A stretch of 61,851 nucleotides of DNA, counting the filler, from Squatina squatina (taxonomy: Eukaryota), in NCBI GenBank assembly GCA_031763465.1. It is 4 parts of 4 records of this genome, joined end to end, with 100 filler letters (N's around TTAATTAATTAA, not from the genome) between each part and the next. Parts side by side here need not be neighbours in the genome. Positions count along the whole stretch, not along the records: positions 1 to 14,873 come from JARFOE010000115.1; positions 14,974 to 35,844 come from JARFOE010000230.1; 2 more parts are not named here. One strand, written 5' to 3'. Of this stretch, positions 13,701 to 25,735 are shown in pieces. The stretch's first letter is position 1. Each line of letters starts with the position of its first letter. Position numbers and translations under genes: made by a program. The notes beneath the pieces are model-generated. The model was given only the letters and a program-made list of their open reading frames with translations. It did not search any database and was not told the DNA's origin.

Positions 13701-14789
13701 GTTGAAACTTTTGTTTTTTTAAACATTTTTATTTCTGTACCAGTTAGCTGGAAAATCACTGCTGTCAGTTCTTGAAAAAAATCTGCTGTTTCTCCAATTT
13801 TTCCACTTAATTTTATACAATTTTCCCCTGTTACTTTCTATTGTGTCCTTATACTGCCCCCTCTGCTCATGCCACATATGGGCCCTGAAATTGCGATCTC
13901 CCCAGTNNNNNNNNNNNNNNNNNNNNNNNNNNNNNNNNNNNNNNNNNNNNNNNNNNNNNNNNNNNNNNNNNNNCTACGACTGGATAAAGAACAACGGAAC
14001 CAGGCAAGTGCAATCCCACCCAGCTGGCTCGGTATGGAACCTGCCCTCTCAAAAGTGGCTAGCTACAGCAGGATGCTCACTTGGCAGCCACAACTTGCTG
14101 GCAGGATGGAAATAAGGCCCAGGCCTCTAAATGGTTTGGGCCTCCCATTGGCAAGAACAGGCAGACAGCAGGCATTCTCCATTTGCCATCCTCCCAATTC
14201 TCCACCGATAGTTAAACTCAGCCCTCATCTGCTGCAACGTAACCAAACTTTGTTGACAGTATTTTAATCGAGCACCTGGCTATTGCATCTAAACAGAGAA
14301 AACCAGATATTAGCTGGTGTTTCTTTTGTTTAAATGATACAGTCAAACAAGGTTTGCCAAATTAACAATCAGATTAAATCAACTCTATGCCTGCTCTTCT
14401 CTTGATAAGGTACTTATGTTTAGTGCAAGTTATTGGATTCAGATTTTCCACTCGGAAGATCATTTGAATGTATAGAATATTTACTCAGTTCCTTCCCATT
14501 AGTGTTCTCTGCTCTCTTTTGGGTAATTGCGCATGCTTGCTCATTTTATTTTTAATGGCTTTCAAATGACTGTTTTCCTTTTTATTCTTTAATTTGCACT
14601 ATTTCCTGTTGTTTTTCACCCCCTTTTTGCCTTTTAAATGCAGGTTCCAGCTTTCCACTGGTATGCGCACAAACATGTTGCTTACTAAACTTTCTGTTAT
14701 TGCTAATCACAATGTGCAGACTAAGGCCTCAGTGACTGTTATTATCTCTGTAGTCACCTGTACAATAGCACATTGGGAAACTTACAGGA

Positions 14790-14873
14790 AAATTCTGAGG
14801 GTCAGGTAAATCTTCATTTAGAAAGACACGGATTAATCAAGGACAGTCAGCATGGATTTGTTAAGGGAAGGTC
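14790..14873 (+). mobile_element. CR1 LINE reverse transcriptase fragment
   Basis: Translates HLERHGLIKDSQHGFVKGR(S), the CR1 'SQHGF.KGRSCLTN' motif. Truncated by a gap. Confidence 0.85.
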
Positions 14874-14973
14874 NNNNNNNNNNNNNNNNNNNNNNNNNNN
14901 NNNNNNNNNNNNNNNNNTTAATTAATTAANNNNNNNNNNNNNNNNNNNNNNNNNNNNNNNNNNNNNNNNNNNN
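14874..14973. other. Assembly gap with artificial six-frame-stop linker (44 N + TTAATTAATTAA + 44 N)
   Basis: Identical construction at 35845-35944 and 48617-48716. Confidence 0.95.
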
Positions 14974-15710
14974 CAAACAGACTATATACTATAAATGAGA
15001 GATTCAAGGCCTCATGTAACATAGCTTTAAATAGTCTCCATTCATAGCCCACAACTAATGCCCTTTCAGCACCAACTGGACAAAATTTCATTCAAAAGGC
15101 CAAATGGTGTTCTGAAAAATATCACGCTTGCTTTAAAAATGCTGTTTTTAAATATAAAGCCACCATAGCTATCGGAATTCCTGTATTTTACATGGAAAAT
15201 TGCTGTACAAAAAAAGGGCAAATATTACAAAAAAAATGGTAACAGACAAGGAGATACAACCACAAATGTGTTATCCTGCCTCATAGGTAACATAAGTAAG
15301 TCAAGCAGGTTGCACTGTCTCTGAATTATGTCATTATGGGATGTGTAAGAAACAGTGCAGAAACATCTGCATCCTCCATTGTAGATGCAACTAGTTCTTA
15401 CCAAAGTAGTAATTTTGAAAGTTGGGGGCGTTATGTTGAAGTGACACTTGGGAATTATGGAGCAGCAATGATCTTAACTCTAGCAGAACTATTGTCTACT
15501 TTAGTACTAAGTAGAATCTCATCAAGATGCCACGGCTTCCATAGTTGCGTATTTTCAGACTCCTGGGAACAGAGTGGAAGCACACTGGGAAGAATCATCC
15601 AGAAATACCGGAAAAGTTGGTTGTGATCACCAATTTGATGAAGAATAGAGATATAGGACTAATCAGTAGTTTCTAAACACCTCATAGATTACTCACGAGC
15701 CAAAAATTAC

Positions 15711-15838
15711 CTTTGATTCTTCATCAATCTGCCTTTTCAAGTCTTCAACTTGTGATGTCAGAATGATCCTTGACCTGCTAAGTTGACCTACTTTACTCTC
15801 TGCCTCCTCCAGCTGGCGATTCAAGTCATTATTTTCAG
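15711..15838 (-). CDS. Myosin heavy chain rod exon (LMM start; equivalent to MYH7 exon ~29)
   Basis: ttacag|CT GAA AAT...TCA AAG|gtaatt, 128 bp, phase 1 to 0. Encodes ENNDLNRQLEEAESKVGQLSRSRIILTSQVEDLKRQIDEESK (compare MYH '[36 protein letters not shown]'). Confidence 0.9.
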
Positions 15839-18800
15839 CTGTAACAATAAATATTCTCTCGAATTACAATCAAAAGAACATCAGCTCAGCGAATGAACTC
15901 CCTCTGCCATTTGCAGGATTTTTAAAATCCTCTTCTTCTCCAATTTCCTCCACCTTCTCACCTCTTGTCATTTATCTGGGCTTCTCCCATATCCTTTTAC
16001 CATCTTAACTATTCACATATTGTTTTGTTCTTTCCAACACCTCACTGAGATGGTCTTTTATATCATCTTAACAGTTTCCTATTAAGCAATTTGTAGGTCA
16101 TTGAACCCATTAGTTCCCTCTCTAGGATTGGAGTTTTTGTTGTTTCTTTCCCCTCTCTTTTCTCTCCCTCTACTTTTTCNNNNNNNNNNNNNNNNNNNNN
16201 NNNNNNNNNNNNNNNNNNNNNNNNNNNNNNNNNNNNNNNNNNNNNNNNNNNNNNNNNNNNNNNNNNNNNNNNNNNNNNNCATTGAGGCCCGAAGCCGAAT
16301 TTGGCTCGGATTTCACACACAGACCCAACGCTCCACCAACTTTGTGTCCAGTTGGAGCACAAATCAAATTTCTTGGCCTTGGTGTTTCACTGCCGGCTAC
16401 CACTCTCCCGTCCAGGGGATATTCCGCACGGGTGAAGAAAACGTTAGGTAGCATCTGGTTCAATCACTTTACCTGGTATTCCTTGATCTTCCTCTGAAGA
16501 GTAGCAGTTAGCGATTGTTCATCTTCCAGTTTAGTGCTCACTGTATTTATCTCCAGCTCCTTCCTTAGGACAGAACAAAACACATTATGCATGGAAGGCA
16601 AAGTCCCTAAAGCTTTTCACGAGGAAAAACATCTGGCAATCATATCTTCATTTATAAATGGAACTGAGAGTTCAGTCATTAAAGATGAAGATGCATTTAC
16701 CAGAGCTAAACCTTCAATGGGAAAAACCACCAACAGCTCAAGGAGTGTAATGCATGGCCCAGTGAAGAATCAAGCGGACAATGTTCTAGCTAGCCATTTG
16801 CCACTGTGTCCGTTGAAGTTTATGAAGGGAGGTAATCTTGGGAGATTAAATACTTGCTTGGAATGATTGAAATCATACAAGTGGCTTCTTTCAGTAACAG
16901 GAGCCGAGGGGAAAGAACATTTCAGACCCATTTCTCTCGATCTTGCAATCTGAAAATACTGCATTATGGAACATTCCACCGACAACTGACGAATATTCAG
17001 GAGAATATTCTTTTTGTATAATAGATGATTATTACTCTGTAATAGAATTTTTGCAAAAAGTCCCTTTAGGTCCAATGTGTATTACATAAGTATTGTACCA
17101 TGGGATCAGCACATTTCATGGCCAATTTTGTTCATTATCAGAAACTGCCAGCATTAGCTCTTAGACTGATGGGGTTTCAGACTTTTTGGGGTAACCAGTT
17201 TAAGTTTTAGACACACCAACAGCAAAGCTCTAATAGTTAATCACCCTCTACACTTCAGTCTCAAAGATTCTCACGAAACGGCAATTCAAAGTCTGCAGAA
17301 TCTCCANNNNNNNNNNNNNNNNNNNNNNNNNNNNNNNNNNNNNNNNNNNNNNNNNNNNNNNNNNNNNNNNNNNNNNNNNNNNNNNNNNNNNNNNNNNNNN
17401 NNNNNNCCGAGACTTATCTATAGCCGGTTAGCAGGTGGACTTTTCCTCTTCAAAGTTACATTGCCTAAGAAATCACTAGATGGACTGTCCTGTAAATAAC
17501 GGAATCCTTCAGGAAATAGAGCAAGTGTTTACATTTAGAGTATTTACCCAGAGGGATGGGCATTAAAGGCCGGCCTTGCCAGCCACGCCCATGTCCCAGG
17601 AACGAATAAAAAAAACGTAGCATGCAGTGTTTTTAAGAGATCCCCAATGCCTGAGTTGTTAAATTCACTGACCAGTGTGGAACCGAGTTATTTAGACCAG
17701 GAGGATCCCACATCTGGTCCTTGGCCTGTGCTGAGTTAGCTGTTCTCAGTGGGGTTAGTGGTAGGTACACTGTGGGAAACTGTAGATAGAATGAGATCAG
17801 GCGCAGTTGTGGTACCCCTACAGTCGAATAGTTTGCTGTTGTTGTGTAAGCTCATACCTGAAGATTGGCTAACTGTTCGAGATACTGGGGGTGAGAATGG
17901 CTGATGTCCGTTAGGCCATACGAGCAAGTGCCTTCAGCAGAAAATGGGGCTGAGGAAAACTTTGTACCTTTTTTTAAAAAAATCCAGTGGTTGTTGATCT
18001 CAGTGTTCCATATTATTTAAGATTATGTGTGTTCATGTGTATACTGTACTGAAAGCGAATGATAAAACTGTAGATTGTAAGCAAGAGCTCCCTCTAGTGT
18101 AAGTCCTCTGATCTATTGGCATACAAGTATAGCACAGAAAAAGGGTATAAAGTTAACAGGACAGTGCAACAGAACAGAACATTCCCAAACAAGCAAGTGA
18201 GGGAAGATGAGGTGTTTTGTTTAAAGGTTGTTTATTTCCTCTGTGATCTCTTTGTAAACATTAATCTTCTAAATGAAAAAGAACATACTTTATTAAACCA
18301 ACATCTCTGCTTAATGGGTAGTAAAGAAAGATTTGTATAACGCCTTTCATGGCCTCAGGTTGTTCCAAAGCACTTTAAATAAATACTTTTGAACTGTAGT
18401 CACTGTTATAATGCAGGGAAACGCGGCAGACAATTTGTGCATAGCAAGGTGCTATATAAATGCAAGTTCTTTTTTTCCCATACAGTTACCCTTGAGGTGT
18501 GAAAGCTTCGGAAGAAGTAATCTTTATACAATTCTCAGAAGAAAAAAATTAAGTAATTGGGTCTAAACATGAAAATCCCCTTTGCTTCTTTCCTCGCATG
18601 TAGATGACACATACAGAAACAATGTCGGTATATGCTGATAAATATTTAAAACGTGTGAAGTACTGCACCAATATTTTTACATGTAGTTGCCTTTCAAGTT
18701 ATTGTTCCTTTATGCCAGTAGAAATTAATCATTTTGTTAAAGGCGCCCCTGCTGACATAACCGCCTCAATAATTTGCAATTTAAACACTTCATCGGAGTT

Positions 18801-21378
18801 AAATTTTCCTACAAGATCGACATGAGTCAAAAAAATGGTGGAAATCAGTATGGCGGGGGTGGGGTCAGCAGAACCTGGGGGCAAACTAGGGGTCCGTGGA
18901 TGGGAGGCGGACGCGGGGAGGGTTGACGTGGTGGCGTTCCNNNNNNNNNNGGGGGGGGGGGGGGGGGGGGGGGGGGGGCGGAGGGGTGTGGTAGCAATCA
19001 CAGCCATTCAAGACCCTTCAAGGTGCATTACACATGATTTCTAGAACCATGCGTGTGCATCCTGTTGGCCGGATGTTGGTTGGCCCCATTTGTTTGGAAA
19101 CCCCTGGATGGACAGTGCCGAATGCAGCCAACTACTTCAAAGATGATTGTCAATTCAGACAAAACAGTTTCAAAGTTTGTCATCTCTGGTTCAAAAAATG
19201 CCAATGTCTGCAAAAATATGAAACTCTTGAATTATGAAAATGATAAACACGGCTGAAGATAATGCAAAACAAGCACAGTGCTGGAGTTTTAATATTCAAA
19301 GACCAGGAAATAATCCATCTGTAAGTAATCGTCTCTCAATAAATAAGAAAAATCACAGTGTGAGGTGCATACACCAGAGCAGAAGAATAGCATCTGTTCA
19401 TCATTAAATAATGAGTGAATTATTAAAGTATGCGCTGGTTTTGTTGAGTTCCACCCTTGTCTGTATGTTCTCACTGTGGTACTGGACTATTCTACAGAAC
19501 GACATAAGGTTTCAGGGAAATATTCTTGAGATATGCCTGGCACCATATCAATCAGTGCGCCGTGAGGTCATGTTGCTCCATCTTGTGTTGTATATTTTTC
19601 ATATGAAGTTGTAAAATCCTTGCAGTTAGTGTTTCTCATAAAATGGCGTCCAAGCCATTTTTCAGCCCATCTCCTCCAATTTTCTGCTGCCGTGCCTCTG
19701 CAACTCTGATCATAGCCTGCCCAGCTGTGGGACATTGACTAAGCTGGGAGTTGATGTCATTGCTCGACCTTTCCTCACTCTCCAGCACAAGATGGCAAGA
19801 GACTGCTGCTAGGAGGCAAGGGATCAAATTCTAAATTCTTAAACATTCATGTTCCAAATACCTCACCAACGTAAAAAAAAATTAAAACAAATCAAGCAAC
19901 ATACTGAAACCGAATGCATAATCTTTAAAACAGGCAGAACAACAATGGCCCTGAAATTGTGATGTTCCCGGGTGGGAACGATGTTCCCATGCACCCGGGG
20001 AGACATTGCAAAAGCCGGTTATGGNNNNNNNNNNNNNNNNNNNNNNNNNNNNNNNNNNNNNNNNNNNNNNNNNNNNNNNNNNNNNNNNNNNNNNNNNNNN
20101 NNNNNNNNNNNNNNNNNNNNNNNNCCATGATCATATTGAATGGCGGAGCAGGCTCGAAGGGCCGAATGGCCTACTCCTGCTCCTATTTTCTATGTTTCTC
20201 TTGAGGTGGCGCCAACCTCACCGACAATTACAGTACTGACCCCAAAGCTGGCACCGTTGGCAGCACTTTAATGCAAACGTGGCACACACCACTTATTTTA
20301 GTGGGCAGGACTCGGCGATCTTCACATTACAACAACTGCTATTTTCAGGGAGTGCAAATAAAGGTAGCTCAGAGAGCTCTGAAAGAGCCCACGATGGATT
20401 GCTTGCCGATACAGGTCAACCTTTCAACTTCAAACTATCCGACAGTAACCACAAAACACTGCCGCGATGTTTTCAATAAGCAAAGCTAATTCAAACCAGC
20501 AGCAAAAAGGAAAATGTATCTGCAAAAAGAAACCTCGCTCCTTTCATGTTCACCTCGTACAAAGTTTCGAAACAGTAATTCACCCCCACCATCGGCGAGG
20601 CAGAGAGCCAGCCAGATGGAAACTCAAATTTCATTAGTTTTCAATCTGCTTCCTGTGAGGATTCAAACTGGGACCCCAGAAACGAAAGACAGGGGTCTAT
20701 GCCTGCCAATCCATATTATGTATGCACACAAAACCCCTTCGGGTTTCTCATTAACTGTCGGAGGACTGAGTTCGCTTTCTGAGCCAATGTAAAGATATAA
20801 ATGGTTTAGTCAGTGGTAGTAATTAAGTAAATGTTCTGTGGTTCTGTATTTGTGTATGTTTGTGTATGATATATCTCAAACATTAAAACATCTTGTTTCA
20901 GTGTTTGTGATGTATAATATACAAACATACATATATACACACACACACACACACCAGAGGTNNNNNNNNNNNNNNNNNNNNNNNNNNNNNNNNNNNNNNN
21001 NNNNNNNNNNNNNNNNNNNNNNNNNNNNNNNNNNNNNNNNNNNNNNNNNNNNNNNNNNNNNCCAGCAGTTTTACAGAGGTTCTGATCCGAGCCCTTGGCC
21101 AATTAGCTGTGCATTTATCAGGTTTCAACCGTGCACTCAACGCCACCCACCTGCCTCTCCGTCTCCACTTTGACGAGCGTGGACTCCAGTTCTTCGATGT
21201 CGGTCTTGAGGTTGCGGCACTCAGACTCCAGCTTGCATTTCTGGGCGTTCAGCTGAGTGCTGCAAATCTCCTCCCCCAGCAGCCGCTCGTTCAGCTCGGC
21301 GACCTGAGACTCCAGCTCCAGCTTCACCTTGAGTAGCTGTGTGCAGCGCTGCTCAGTGTCAGCGAGGTTCTCCTGTTC
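15711..21378 (-). CDS. Partial gene: divergent sarcomeric myosin heavy chain (rod region; MYH16-like), three exons visible
   Basis: Exons 21151-21378, 16473-16563 and 15711-15838 occur in the correct order for a myosin II rod. All have AG/GT boundaries and no stops. Intervening exons are not seen and presumably lie in gaps. Confidence 0.85.
16473..16563 (-). CDS. Myosin heavy chain S2 exon (equivalent to the 91-bp MYH7 exon ~26)
   Basis: tcctaag|G AAG GAG...TAC CAG|gtaaag, 91 bp. Encodes KELEINTVSTKLEDEQSLTATLQRKIKEYQ. Confidence 0.92.
17660..17960 (+). mobile_element. Old SINE-like interspersed repeat (same family as 50215-50595 +, 51330-51610 -, 59055-59403 -, 13270-13580 -)
   Basis: Shared motifs (gagttagctg[a/t]tctcag; cagtc[g/a]aatag) recur across the copies in this window. 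Confidence 0.55.
20125..20200 (+). mobile_element. 3' tail of elasmobranch CR1-type LINE (HER1/HE1-like)
   Basis: ccatgatcatattgaatggcggagcaggctcgaagggccgaatggcctactcctgctcctattttctatgtttct. Confidence 0.85.
21151..21378 (-). CDS. Myosin heavy chain proximal S2 exon (equivalent to MYH7 exon ~23)
   Basis: cttcacag|GAA CAG...AGG CAG|gtgggt, 228 bp, phase 0-0. Encodes EQENLADTEQRCTQLLKVKLELESQVAELNERLLGEEICSTQLNAQKCKLESECRNLKTDIEELESTLVKVETERQ versus MYH7 [76 protein letters not shown]. Confidence 0.93.
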
Positions 21379-22252
21379 CTGTGAAGATGATTGGCAGCTG
21401 TTCAGGGCAGGGCTCCGATAATTTACAGTCTGCATTGTCTCTGTGTGCATAGGATCAGGGGCTGTGTGTGTGTGTGTGAGAGAGAGAAAGCACTTTTCGC
21501 ATTCCACACTAAATGAAGACCAGGTTCCAATTCAGAACAGGAGAGTTGACTGTGTAAAGAAAACTAGACTGCCTAGCCTCTATTCTGCACCAACAGATCC
21601 AGTTACAATATCAACACACGGAATAGCTCCACTCCGAAGGAAAATGAAAGCTCCCATCTTCATGTGTCTGCCTCTCCGACCTAGCTTAGCAGGGCAGCGG
21701 GAGATAGTGTGCACTCGGGGAGTTATTTCAGTCTGCACCGTTCAAAACCCCGCACGCTGTTCTTTAAAGGGTGTCAGATGCTATTGCAACTGTACAGTGA
21801 AATCCAAGTGCACAGCTTTCCAGAAATGTGTCTGTGCTGCTAATAATGGTTATGTTCCATTTGCCTTCTCTCGCTNNNNNNNNNNNNNNNNNNNNNNNNN
21901 NNNNNNNNNNNNNNNNNNNNNNNNNNNNNNNNNNNNNNNNNNNNNNNNNNNNNNNNNNNNNNNNNNNNNNNNNNNCCGAATAGCAGAGATGAAAGGTTCC
22001 AATTTGAATGGAGAATCTCCCCTCAGGCTTGTGAGAGCCTCCCCACTCTGCTGGAGCGTGCACATGCTGTTGGCTAGGATCTGAAGGTCCTAAGCCCAGC
22101 TCTGTCTGCGTCAGATATGAGGTGAGAATCATTTATTTCTCCTTCGGAATTATGGGATCAGAGGAGAATGTAAAATGCTCTCTATTTTGGTAAGTGAAAA
22201 AGAACTAATGAAGAAAATCCTTTCAGATTGTAGGAGACATTTAACAATTAGT

Positions 22253-22430
22253 GGGGTAGAAATTTGTCTTAGGCGGCAGCGTAAAGCGGGCGTTAGCGAG
22301 TTGGCCACAAATATACCCCTCCCTCACGGCGATTGAAGTCAATGGGGCTGAAAATCGGGCGGGAAGTCAAACAGACGGCTGATTCAATAACGCCTGCTTT
22401 GCGCTACTGTCCAAAGTAAATTTGTACCTC
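22253..22430. mobile_element. Palindromic MITE with ~54-bp imperfect TIRs (Harbinger-like)
   Basis: Left arm ggggtagaaatttgtcttaggcggcagcgtaaagcgggcgtta matches the reverse complement of the right arm (gaggtacaaatttactttggacagtagcgcaaagcaggcgtta). A 3-bp AGT flanks both ends. Confidence 0.75.
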
Positions 22431-24200
22431 AGTGTTTCTGCCCTCCGTCAGGAGAAGACCACTCATTCTGCGCGCAACGGGAAGCTGCAAGACCCAACAG
22501 ATTGGCATCCAGGAACAGAGCGGATGTCAGTCAGGATAAGAGCTGTTACTGAAGTTTACCAACTCTGAAGCCTCCTGACTGGCTGGCACCCAGGACTGGA
22601 ACAGATTCCAAGCCACATTACTCCTTCTGGAGGCTGTTAGCTGATAGGCCTTGTGGGTGATGCCAGCTGAACAACTCCCCGTTGAGTGCAGAGACCCAAA
22701 AATGGTAGGCCTCTGTGAGAAAAATAGAAAATAGCTCTAAACTTAAAAAAAAAATTCCATAAGGAACTAGTATTGTTCGTAATTTAAAAAAATATTTAGC
22801 AAGGGGGGAGTTACACTTCGCTTTAAGAGTCCAATCATCCACTATGTCAATGCTGAAATTAAACCAAATCTTGTATTACTCGTGAGTGATCACATCACCT
22901 CATGTATACTGAGGTTCCAAGGCAACTGACTTTACTGGGCTGTCTGAATACAGGTTCCATTGTACTCCTGTTTGCAATCTTCACATGTGTCTTCAGTCAG
23001 TGTTCAGGAGGAGTGTGGAACTACTCGATTACAGTGGTATGGTATGAAGGTCACAGATTGTTTACATCAGAAAGTCACCGCATTTCATAGAAAGATCTTC
23101 AAAGGACTAGGCTGTCCAAAAGTGGAGGGGAAAAGGGAGGAAGGACAGCCTGGGAGATAATGTTTTGGCACTGCTTAATTCTTCCAGGAGCAGTACTGTT
23201 CGTATCCATGGAGATGCTAAGCCAACCTGCTCTCATCAGGGGTATTGTGGAATTAAACTTGTGAAATGGGGGGGAAAACATAAACAAAAACATAAAACTG
23301 AAAAATATCAGAAATGTGTCGAAGAGAATTAAACTGTTTATGATATTGGCAGTTGCCAACTAACAGCATTTGCCTACATTACAACATTGCTTACAATAGA
23401 ATTTTTAGGCCCTCATCTCTGTTCTTGGTACAACGACAATTCCCTACAGTGACTACACTTCAAAAGTACTTCATTGGGCGTAAATCGTCCCGAGGTTGGG
23501 AAAGGCGCTGTATAAATGCAAATGATTTTTGTTCCTCGTGCATCACAATGTATTTTAGGAGAGTAAATTCTACAAAAATATAACTCCCAAATATGCAGCT
23601 AATGCACTACACATCACCAAAAAAAGAGACTGTACATATGAAGAGCACAAAATATTCTGATATATATTTCGAGCTTCCGAATTGCTCCTGCTATTGTTTT
23701 GAGCCTGCCTGCGGCCCTTGCTGCTAAAATATTGCTGCTCCCCCATGGAGTTCAGCTTCAACACCATAAAGGAGGCAAGGCATTACTAGGATTTAATAGC
23801 TTTTTCTACAACCTTCAGCAATTCACTTGTGCTAACTTTGCTNNNNNNNNNNNNNNNNNNNNNNNNNNNNNNNNNNNNNNNNNNNNNNNNNNNNNNNNNN
23901 NNNNNNNNNNNNNNNNNNNNNNNNNNNNNNNNNNNNNNNNNNCTGCCTCAAAACCTTCCCCTTAAATTCTTTGCAGAATGAGACAGACTGAATAAAGTCT
24001 GAGGCAGAATTTATTTCAACATTCTTAATGTGAGCAGATGAATGGATCTCCACACAGCTCTCCAGCTTTATTTACATCACAGTTTTAAGCTTTAGTCAAA
24101 CCAGATCACCATTAGTGTAAAGATAAATCACAATGCATCATGTTGACACTCTCACCCCCCACTAGTGTGTAATGAGAAAAGAAAACTACAAAACCCATTG

Positions 24201-24397
24201 GGGCAAGAATTCTTCTGGTTGCTAAGGGCCGCACCAACGTTCACGTGCTCATGAAGATTGTCTCGGCTCAGTATTTCCAGCAAAATTGTAAGCAGGCTGT
24301 AAAAATTGTTTATGGTTTTGTTAGAAATGCTGAACAGAGGAAACCTTAATTGCGTATCCAATGTGGTTACACATCGCGATCGGAAGAATTCTTACCC
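24201..24397. mobile_element. MITE with 15-bp TIRs (GGGYAAGAATTCTTC)
   Basis: gggcaagaattcttc ... gaagaattcttaccc. Confidence 0.7.
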
Positions 24398-25503
24398 AAC
24401 TGGGACAAATCAAAGCTAAAAATGCCAAGTCTAACACTTAATCGTACCTTGCTTTAGCTCAGGCAGCAGTCTCAGGCAAGAAAATATCTTGAGTGGCTGC
24501 AGTTACAGATTGGCACCCTCCAGGATGGAGTCACACCAGTGGGTAATTCTGAAAGTGTCACACCACAGGTAGGATCTTTTTCTCCAGAGCAATAGTCCCT
24601 CATGAGTATTGTAACTACAACAGGGGGAGAGAATTGAAACTAAGCCGGGGGACCCAGGTCAAACCAATGCAAACCTTTTATTACCTCACACATGCCTGGT
24701 ATTTGGAGAACCACATTATAATGTAAACTTCAGCCACAATTTAGAGAAACACAGCAATTTTCTCCACTCAGCAAAGGAACTGTCATCTAGAATTGTCATC
24801 TGCAAGTAATCATTGCTCGGCTCCAGACATAACAAGAGAGCAATCGGTGGAATGCAAAACCTCCTGCCTGCATAGAATACTTCCCAAGTGCGTTGGTTGA
24901 GAATAAGAAAATAAATGGACCGATGTAATAGGATATTCCACACACTGTGCAATAGCTCAGCAAGGAAAGCTGAAAACGGAATCGTGAGGAGGTTGGTGAA
25001 CAGTTTTAGAATACGGTACTGGATCATCGTCTGTTGACTGACTGAAGGTGGCTGTTTGCAGACTGAGAGGATGTGGGAGAGAGCCCATCAATGATGGAAG
25101 GGTGGAAACTAGAAACAAGACTGAAAGCCAAAGTGGGCAGGGAGAGAGCTAAAGGCTGTGAATCGTACAGCGGAGCGTGCGAGACATATGCTGGGAGGAG
25201 AGAACAAGCGAATGAGCAAGAGAAAGATACAATGAGAAAAAAAGATAAGCAGAAACACACAGTGAACGATAGACAGGGAGAATGAGCAAGAAAGCGAGAG
25301 ACAAAGGCATACCGAGAGAGGGAAAAGAGAGATAAGTCGTCTACAGAGCGAACAAGATAGAATCATAGAAATTACACCAGTGAGGGAGGCCATTCAATCC
25401 ATCNNNNNNNNNNNNNNNNNNNNNNNNNNNNNNNNNNNNNNNNNNNNNNNNNNNNNNNNNNNNNNNNNNNNNNNNNNNNNNNNNNNNNNNNNNNNNNNNN
25501 NNN

Positions 25504-25735
25504 GGTATGGAAAGCGATTCATGTTGTCCAGGGGCTCGCCATGGATCTTGATAGTCGGGGGGCAGTGTTTTGCGGTGGGAGCAGCCTGGTAAAGGACCTT
25601 TGTCTTTCAGATGTTTAGCATAAGGTCCAATCTCTCGTATGCCTCAGTGAATGAATCGACGATGGTTTAGAGCTCAGCCTCCGAGTGTGCACACTCGCAA
25701 GCGTCGTCTGTGTACTGCAGCTCGATGACAGAGTC
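25504..25735 (-). mobile_element. RTE-clade LINE reverse transcriptase fragment
   Basis: Translates SVIELQYTDDACECAHSEAEL*TIVDSFTEAYERLDLMLNI*KTKVLYQ...IKIHGEPLDNMNRFPY (YADD-like catalytic motif, KTK and FPYLGS region), with stops. Confidence 0.85.

Noticed and set aside
15711-15730. Apparent frameshift at the end of the myosin LMM exon
   Set aside because: Careful re-reading gives GAT GAA GAA TCA AAG|gt, in frame, so there is no evidence of pseudogenisation.
21118-21507. 129-aa ORF as a standalone single-exon gene
   Set aside because: Only 21151-21378 is myosin-like and it is bounded by AG/GT. The flanks are intronic read-through including a (CA)n tract.
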